In this document: positions 56,221 to 64,000 of the stretch, piece after piece
How the letters are laid out: every line of letters starts with the position of its first letter
How positions within the stretch are numbered: position 1 is the first letter of the stretch
Origin: Leptogorgia sarmentosa
Taxonomy: Eukaryota
Length of the DNA stretch: 64,000 nucleotides
Reading direction: 5' to 3'
Assembly (NCBI GenBank): GCA_964658305.1
Contig: OZ210884.1
Span: forward strand, 6,200,001 to 6,264,000
The notes under the pieces: model-generated
Database searches by the model: none
What the model saw: the letters and a program-made list of their open reading frames with translations, nothing else
Told to the model about the DNA's origin: nothing
Program-made: the position numbers and the translations under genes

Positions 56221-56940
56221 GGCAAATGTTCAAGGTTGAGTTGGACATGTTAAGTTGACGTTAAATACTGCGTTGAAATGATGTTAAAGTTGATCATGAA
56301 GTTGAAGTTGATTAAAGTTGATCGTTCATCACGCTCCCGTCGGGCAAGTTTACCTCCGTGTTTATTGGCACCGCGAAACTGCTTGGAATATATTTTTTTT
56401 ATCTTGTTCGTCTACATCTTCCGGGTAATAGCAACCACTTTCACTGTCACTATCACTGTACTGACTCCATATTTATTTTAAAGACATTTTTTATTTACTC
56501 TTTTGGCTGTTTTTCGCACAGGTCCGGTTGTATTTCACAGAGGGCCGGATGCAAATAAACGGCCCTCTGTGAAAGCCGTATTATGGCATCAGATTGCTTC
56601 ATTCTCATGGATAAAAAATAAACCGGTTATTGGTGTATTACGATCAATTAAACGTGTGACAGATATTTACTCGGGCTACCGTAGGTAGACCGAGTTAAAA
56701 AATGGGCTTCGATTTTCCTTTTTTTCAGTCGCGAGTTTGCAAAAAACACGCGTGGGCGACACGAAGTCCTTGAACCAATGAAAACCTTCGTTGAATCGTT
56801 TCACGCGTGGGTTCATGGTCATGCCACGCGCACTGCCAGTGGGTTCGTCATTTATAAACTTCATGTAGCCCGAGTGAACGCCTGATAGGCGTCTTGTTTC
56901 TTTTAGGAACCAGTGGCGTGGATCGAATCCACTGAGCTAT

Positions 56941-57075
56941 AAGGCCCGTTTCATACGTCGAATTTTGGTCGCATCGAATGCAATTCAAACAATAGATAAT
57001 GAAGTTAGTCATCTCATTATCCATTGTTTGAATTGCATTCGATGCGACCAAAATTCGACGCTTGAAACGGGCCTA
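56941..57075. mobile_element. Palindromic MITE
   Basis: aggcccgtttcatacgtcgaattttggtcgcatcgaatgcaattcaaacaat ... attgtttgaattgcattcgatgcgaccaaaattcgacgcttgaaacgggcct. Confidence 0.8.
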
Positions 57076-57402
57076 AGAAGACCTATAATAATCTATTAGT
57101 AGAATCATACTCGTATACTATTGCACATGCTGCAATTTGATTGGCTACTCTACTCGATATCTATTCCTCGATAGATAGCGAGTAGCAAAATATGTGAATT
57201 TTCGTTCAAGAAAATGTCTTCTGAGACGCGTTTTTAAATTATTTTTGGCAATATTTTCATGTTTAATCTCTAATTCTACTAAAACAATTAGATTACTCGC
57301 TCTCGATTTCTACGAGATGATAGTTGATTTGGGCTTCGCCCTCATCAACTATCATCTCATAGAAATCTCGAGCTCGTAATCTAATTGTTAATTATAATAT
57401 AT

Positions 57403-58130
57403 TACTAGAAATACATATATGCAACAACCCCTCGCCTTACTAACCAAATAATCAAAATATCAGCTTTTATCTTGGTTTTATTGGCATTTTTTTAATTTGG
57501 CGAACCATTTGTTATCCGTACGTTATTAAGACTATGATAAACTTGAATTTATTGCGAAATACTGCATTTATTTGCATGAAACTTTTTATTTAAATATTCA
57601 AGTCAGTCTTTGATATATGAGTTTCCGGCCAATGTTCGCTCGTTTTATGGTAAAATTTGTAAATATTTTGTGAAGACTTGCATTTAAAAACGTAAACTGA
57701 TACTCTGGAATTGAACGGTTAATAGATTAAATGCGGCTACGGCCGGCGACCTTTCATGCAAATAGTAAATATACGCAAAACAAAAGTTCACTGCCGACAA
57801 TATATTGACAAACTTATCCTGTGTTTCAATCCATAGTCGTTTCGTCCCATTTCTCAGCGTTTTATATCATCTAAGAGGGCTTTTTAAGTCTTACGCCCAG
57901 ATCTTGTCTTTGTTTCCCCTTTCCAAAGCTTTAAGAAGCTCCTTGAAAACTCTAAAAAGCTTCGGCTATTCATGATAGTCCGCTATACTTTAGAGATCAG
58001 TGATGACCTACGATGCACGATGACCCAAAATGGCGGCCAAATCGAGCAACTTTGGACTCGGCTAAGCGGAATTATTACCCTCGCCCCGGGCTAACGCCCG
58101 GACGGCGCTTCGCGCCGTGGCTCGGGGATA
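57403..58130. mobile_element. Second copy of the 11553-12211 dispersed element, just upstream of dioxygenase copy 3
   Basis: Direct sequence match along its length, with the same terminal hairpin. Confidence 0.75.
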
Positions 58131-58316
58131 ATATATGTACTCTATTATGGCTCAGTGATCTGACGACGTGTTTAGCTCAGTGGTCAATGGGTCAAGTATG
58201 AAAATCCGCCATTTTTTTGCTTCAACTTTTGATGCAGTGCACTCTCTCTAGTAAATCTTAGCTCAGTGATTGCGATCAATTAAACGTTTAGTAAAAAAAT
58301 TTTCATTCGCAAGAGC

Positions 58317-59237
58317 ATGATACAGAGATACATCCAGTGTTTTTCTTTGCTGCTGTTTGTAACAACAACATGTGCAGGAGGTTCAGTATTGAACAAGCCA
58401 CAAGTCTGCGCGAGTAATAACGCTGTCCTTGGCACAGAAATCAACATGAAAGAGCTGGAAGAAAACTCAGATTCGTATCAGACGATCATAAAAACAATCG
58501 AAGATGTCTTGGTTGCGAATGGTGTGGTTGTGATTCGAAATCAGACGATGGACAGACATGCCCAGTGCAATTTCACAGAGAATCTGGGAACGATAATTGT
58601 ACTGCCTCAATCCTTCGAGAACAATGACCCTGAACCAGGGCTACCAGCTATTCAGAGAGTCACCAACTACTTCCACAATGGAACATGGAAGGGGGTTCGT
58701 CATTGTTTCGGATGTTATTGGCACAAAGACGGAGATTTCCATTATGTCGACTACGTTGCAAGTTTACTATATGCTCAAAAGGTGATAGGCCCTGCCAAAG
58801 CAACAATGTTTCTGGATAACTGCGTCGCTTACGATCTCATTCCTTCAGATCTAAAAGAACGGATCAAGGACACAATCTTCTGGGTGTCGGTTCGGGATAT
58901 TCCAGATTTTAAAAACGGCACGGAAGAGGACTTGGCCCTTTTCCCAGAAGCTGCATTGCATCCCATATTCTACACTCACCCTGGTTCAGGACGTCGTTGT
59001 TTATATATGACCAACACGATGGTGACGCTGCGACCCAAGAGTGTGGACGAAATGAGAGATCTACAGACAGCCTGGGATATCATGACCACTCAGGCACCTA
59101 AATATTACCACTATTGGACCTCAGGAGACATCGTCATTTGGGACAATCTGGCAGTCATGCACAAAGCAGGCAAGAAACAGACTGGATCTTCTCCCAGAGA
59201 TCCAAGGTTGCTCTTCAGGACTCAATATTTCATTTAG
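58317..59237 (+). CDS. TauD/TfdA-family Fe(II)/2-oxoglutarate dioxygenase copy 3, 306 aa, predicted signal peptide, intronless
   Basis: Same motifs as copy 2 (WHKDG, DIVIWDNLAVMH, RLLFR); intact ORF. Confidence 0.9.
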   Translation: MIQRYIQCFSLLLFVTTTCAGGSVLNKPQVCASNNAVLGTEINMKELEENSDSYQTIIKTIEDVLVANGVVVIRNQTMDRHAQCNFTENLGTIIVLPQSFENNDPEPGLPAIQRVTNYFHNGTWKGVRHCFGCYWHKDGDFHYVDYVASLLYAQKVIGPAKATMFLDNCVAYDLIPSDLKERIKDTIFWVSVRDIPDFKNGTEEDLALFPEAALHPIFYTHPGSGRRCLYMTNTMVTLRPKSVDEMRDLQTAWDIMTTQAPKYYHYWTSGDIVIWDNLAVMHKAGKKQTGSSPRDPRLLFRTQYFI

Positions 59238-59432
59238 GACCTTGTTGTATTTCCTTATTTTTAATCTTTTTTACCTGATTTTTGAAATAAGAAACGTCAA
59301 CTTTGCCTTTGACATTACTATCCTTACATACTTTAGTTCCAACTTTTCTTACTTCACGTCTGATTTTTCTTACCTTATTCTGATCTTTCTTACCTTATTC
59401 TGATCTTTCTTACCGCGCCTTTCACATATCTT

Positions 59433-59625
59433 AAGCCCCGTTTACACTGGCGATTTTTAATGCGATTTCAGGAGCGTTGCTCTCCTTTTGAACGATGTGA
59501 AGGAGTAGATTACTCATCAAAGTTGTAAGAGATTTCATAACTTGGTACATTTATAACTGATCAACTCCTTCAAATCGTTCAAAGGGAGAAAACGCACCAA
59601 AAATCACCAGTGCAAACGGGTGTTT
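59433..59625. mobile_element. MITE in the 3' flank of dioxygenase copy 3
   Basis: TIRs cccgtttacactggcgatttt / aaaatcaccagtgcaaacggg. It is absent from the homologous flank of copy 2. Confidence 0.6.
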
Positions 59626-61135
59626 ACTTTGCCTCTAACTTTTACAATGCCTTATTTCTAACCTTTCTTACTTTGCCTCTAAAAGAAGTGAATTAATATA
59701 CAATTCATTAGCCAATCAATTTAGGGGGAAAATCTGACAAATTCATCGAAATATACAGACAAGCCAATAAAAAACAAGTATTTCTTTATTTCTATTACAG
59801 CAACATAGTTCATCATATTACACATTTTAAAATTTTATGAATAAGTTTTAACTGAATTCTTCAAGAAGGTAGAATCATGACAAAAATTTTCGGACACCTT
59901 AGCACTGAACTACATCCCAATAATTCTCGATTAAAGTTTTGATATTAATCGCAAAGACGGAAGGGTGTGGTCAGAATTGGAGAAGAATTTTGCCATGATT
60001 GTACTGAACTTCGCCTGCGTTGTTTGCATTTCTTTGCACGCGTCTTTGATCTCAGCAATATTTTTTACTTTTTTTCAGGAATAGCAATAGGCGTAGGATT
60101 TATCTTGTTAAGGACCAGATTTTTGTACTGTATGAAGTTCAAGGGCAAAGCTATTTTTGTTGATATCGTGAGGTATGCCGTCGTGTTAGTGTTTTGGCAC
60201 GTGTAGAAGAGTGTTGCCACGACCTGTTTCCATTTCTTGCGCGCTAAATTGATCGACTTGTTTAATGGTGCCTGTATACCTGAAAATATGTTAAATATTT
60301 CCCGAACTCTGCTCTGCCTCAGGAAAGGAAAATCAGACTGAACATTGGCGTTTGCAATGAGCAATACTGGCCGAAGTATTTTCTAAACGACTTACCTATT
60401 CAAAAAGCACTAGTACACGTGCTTAGCATACTTACCCTTCTTAACCCACGGAAAGTATTATACTTACAAACCAACGTTCACGACGTTCACGCAGCAGAAT
60501 ACGATATGCGTGATCAGGATATTTACCTTTATTTTTTTCCGGTCCGTAACTCCCGGTCCGTAACCTAAATAGAGCTTTCTGATTGGTTGCCGAGCGGTCC
60601 GTAACCTACTTTACGGACCGCTCGCATGCATTCTCGTAGATTTAATACAAATATAGTCAATGTTTTTGTTTTTTAAAACTGAATGACCGCTTATTAAAAT
60701 ACTCAAAACGAATTTAGGCGATAAAGAACACATGAAAGTCCATTTTATTATGCTACGGGATATTTTAGGGGGTATTTACAGCGACAAAAACAAAAGACAA
60801 AAGTCTCGTCAGTATCAACAAAGCAAAACAAAACATTCTCGGCGAAATATTTCGGTGTCTAATGCGTATTTTAACCATGTTTCTAACGTGAAACGACCGG
60901 AAAAATAAATAATCTTAACAAGTTTACCTTTTTCATCGTAATGTTGAGTGGAAATGCGTGAATATGGAAGAAAATGCGTCAATATTGAGGGGTTTTTCCT
61001 CACTTCGTCTTGGCTGTTTAGCAGCCATACTTGCAATGGAGTAGCAAAGTAAACAAACAAACTGATCTCAAAATCTAGTTCGCAACACTGGAATTTTTGA
61101 CGAATTTTATCATAACATCGAGGAAAAAAAATAAA

Positions 61136-61282
61136 TAAGTTATTTACCATTTAGGTCGGTCCGTACTGGAAAATATTTTGTCTCAGTCTCAAAAACGTCC
61201 CTCGGCCTTCGGCCTCGGGCCGTTTTTGAGACCTCGACAAAATATTTTCCAGTACGGACCTCCCAGCTGGTAAATAACATAT
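61136..61282. repeat. Long hairpin, probably the end of a non-autonomous element starting near 60520
   Basis: ttatttacca..ggtccgtactggaaaatattttgtc..gtctcaaaaacg / cgtttttgagac..gacaaaatattttccagtacggacc..tggtaaataa around a ggccttcggcc core. ggtccgtaac repeats occur at 60540-60605. Confidence 0.7.
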
Positions 61283-62659
61283 ATTTCTGAAACCACTCAA
61301 AATACTTACAAAAGAGCTTTCAGAACAATGTTTCTAAAGCACAACTCACAGGAAACCAGCAATTACGTCCAGGTAAAATAAAACTCGGTTTTCCACGATA
61401 AAACTATTTTCAAAGCACTTGAACCATATCGTAGCAGAGTTTTGTTTACCACGAGGCACAACATTCCGTCATAGAAATTTTCCGTGCTGGTGGGACACTT
61501 TGCTTTGCGTTTCTAAAAGAGAAAGTCTAAACAAACATTTTTAATGGAACTAATATTTGGCTGAATTTCTACATTATCTTATATCTTATCCTCAATCTCT
61601 TATCCCCACCCTAACCCCAAATCTATCTATCCTATTGGCTCACTTGACTAACCCCAGTGATCATCCTTTCGGGACAAAGTTCTATGGAAAATGCAATGTT
61701 TCATACATATGTGCACCCAGTGAATTTCTCGGGTATAATGCGGTTATTTCACTACATCGACGTTTTCAGCTTTGATGTGAATTAGCAGCAATAATATTAC
61801 ATTTAATTCAATCTACTCTCCCGTTTACAACTCCTCAGAATTTGGAGAAACAAGTGAGAGGTTAACTCTGTATTCGATACTTTTTCCAGAGAATTTTCAT
61901 GAACTCCCTTCTTTTTACCGTAGTAGCTAACAGAGTACGCCGTACTTTAAACCACCACAACCCAACGTTGACTAATTTGAAAGAAAGCTTCGTCCACACT
62001 AATCCAAGCTATCCAAACGTTGAAGCAATGCCATTTTGCTATTTCTTTTTCTATTTGTACAAAACTATGTTTGTCATTTACAAAGTGCAATGCCCTGTAA
62101 AAAATAATTACATACAATTTCAATTCTGTCATACGAAATATCTTTAGAATTACATGAGAATAAGAAAGTGCCATATTTACTGACGAACCGCAGATGAAGA
62201 AGAGATGTACAAAATTATAGCGAGGCGACAAAACGGACTTGACAACCAAAGATGCCCCGAAAATTCAGATTTCTACATGCTTCCTTTGTAGCATCGTTTT
62301 ACAATTTCAGTGTAATGATTTTCTATTCCTTCTCCTTCGACACGCACACATGTGCAGCTGATAGAAAGGAGAGCAACGCCACTAGAACTTACCATCACAC
62401 CCAACACATCTTCGCCTCGCGAACCGTCTGTGCCGATTGCATTCTCCTTTTCATTAGAACTGAACACGTCCAATTGAAGTTTTGTTATCACCCTAAAAAC
62501 TTACCAATGGCTAACCGCATGGTGACGTCTTGGTTTAACTTTCAAGCAAATCTTTTGTATTTCTCTTGTTGAATATATTCTATTTCTTCAGATTTCTTCT
62601 TCCATTCAGTGATGATACGTCGTCACCAAGATTCTGTCTTCCGGCTAGCCAAATACTGT

Positions 62660-63008
62660 GTTTTCCCCGGGATTGGCCATGAAGTCCAACGCAACTCTTG
62701 TTTCCCCGGGATGGGCCATGACGTCCAACGCAACTCTGTTTACCCGGGATGGGCCATGAAGTCCAACGCAACTCTTGTTTCCCCGGGATGGGCAGTGACG
62801 TCCAACGCAACTCTGTTTACCCGGGATGGGCCATGATGTCCAACGCAACTCTGTTTCCCCGGGATGGGCCGTGACGTCCAACGCAACTCTGTTTCCCCGG
62901 GATGGGCCGTGACGTCCAACGCAACTCTGTTTCCCCGGGATGGGCCGTGACGTACGACGCAACTCTGTTTTCCCCGGGATGGGCCGTGACGTCCGACGGG
63001 ACAACTCT
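62660..63008. repeat. ~37-38-bp GC-rich minisatellite, about 9 copies
   Basis: Tandem ccccgggatgggccgtgacgtccaacgcaactctgttt units. Confidence 0.95.
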
Positions 63009-64000
63009 TTGTGATTTCCTAGAAAAGCTGCTGGGACAAATCGTATTGCAATTTCACATCGAGCATGCAAGTACATGCATTTCATTTGTGTTAAACAAAC
63101 ATATATTTCGAATCAACATTTTCACATGGGGTAGAAATGTAGTACGATCCAGATATGACGACTAAGGAATTATATATTTCGACACAAAGGCGATTATAAT
63201 AAACGGACAATCACTACGACCAAACACTTCTAAAAAGTAATAAAATCATGCAAGTAACATCTTCTAAAATGAATTGAAAGTTTCGAGATTCTCTCTTGTA
63301 CGCGAGAAGACACAGTTCTTAAACGAAAGTTTCGTTAAAACCTCCTAAAATGTTATTTAAATCCTCTAACAGTGATCCGACTTCATTTCTAGGAGACCTG
63401 ATCTGACAACATCTCTCTGTAGGGAATCACGACACTTGTGTTATAAAAACTCTTGGCATTTTCATACGTCGCTACAGCCATTTCTTCAAACATCATTTCT
63501 GAACAACACCAAGCTTTCTACCAAGACTTAACGTCCATACGTCCACAACAGACTCGATTTACTAAATTCAGTACACGTTCAGCTAACTTCATAACAGCAA
63601 GTTCCGAGAATCTTCTGCAAGTTTTGCTGCTTTCAGGAAAGGGGTGGTTCCATGTATGGTACTTCCGTTTTTCACCAAAAAGACAAATTTCAAGTTCAGT
63701 TTGGGGGGTCGCATTTTCTCTACCACTTTCAAAATGGTTTATGAATTCCTACGCTAGTTTTAAATGTGATAATGTTCAAAGTTCATTCCAGGATCTTTCC
63801 TTAGTAGCGTCTCATTGTTCCACTTCGAGGGATGGTGGGGACAGGGGCGGCCCTGAAGGGATCACTACGACCAGAAATAGGTACAGGACGCCGGCTGGTT
63901 ATGACAGGTACGGTCATGGGAGGTGGATGTTGACTGATCATCCTAGGTGGCAGGGCAGAACCACGGCTGGGTGGGATCACTGTACGAGATCTGTCAATGG

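Noticed and set aside
42966..59237. Bacterial contamination as the source of the enzyme cluster
   Set aside because: The decarboxylase has spliceosomal introns, intergenic regions are long and AT-rich, and repeats are shared with the rest of the window.
59967..62572. Possible isolated exons (60079-60172 on +, ~62392-62493 on -)
   Set aside because: Splice-like signals are present, but I could not build a coherent model or recognise a protein.
62660..63008. 37-bp repeats as a CRISPR array or repeat protein
   Set aside because: The units are contiguous with no unique spacers, there are no cas genes, and the context is eukaryotic.
63300..64000. Coding-like, higher-GC minus-strand stretch at the window end
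   Set aside because: It has multiple stops and no recognisable motif. It may be a decayed element but cannot be supported.

Overview
AT-rich, intron-containing animal genomic DNA. The repeat landscape and gene content suggest a marine invertebrate, probably a cnidarian, but this is inference. From left to right the window holds: (1) the 3' part of a cutC gene, with a 13-bp minisatellite, an in-frame 1235-bp duplication of two exons and a GC-AG intron; (2) a convergent single-coding-exon class A GPCR; (3) a ~25.7-kb gene for a predicted ~3,140-aa type I membrane protein (signal peptide, 8 x [tectonin/tachylectin-like beta-propeller + 2 EGF], 7 EGF, SEA, EGF, TM, short tail), built from eight near-identical ~2.43-kb genomic units; and (4) a ~16-kb cluster of an intronless MFS transporter, a 4-exon PsiD-like/bacterial-fungal-type pyruvoyl decarboxylase and three tandem intronless TauD-family Fe(II)/2-oxoglutarate dioxygenases with signal peptides, one of them frameshifted. 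Cluster (4) is the best candidate for an undescribed system: a possible animal small-molecule biosynthetic gene cluster. MITEs, a Crypton-like fragment and minisatellites fill the intergenic space. Gene models were built by eye from splice signals and recalled protein motifs; no database searches were run.
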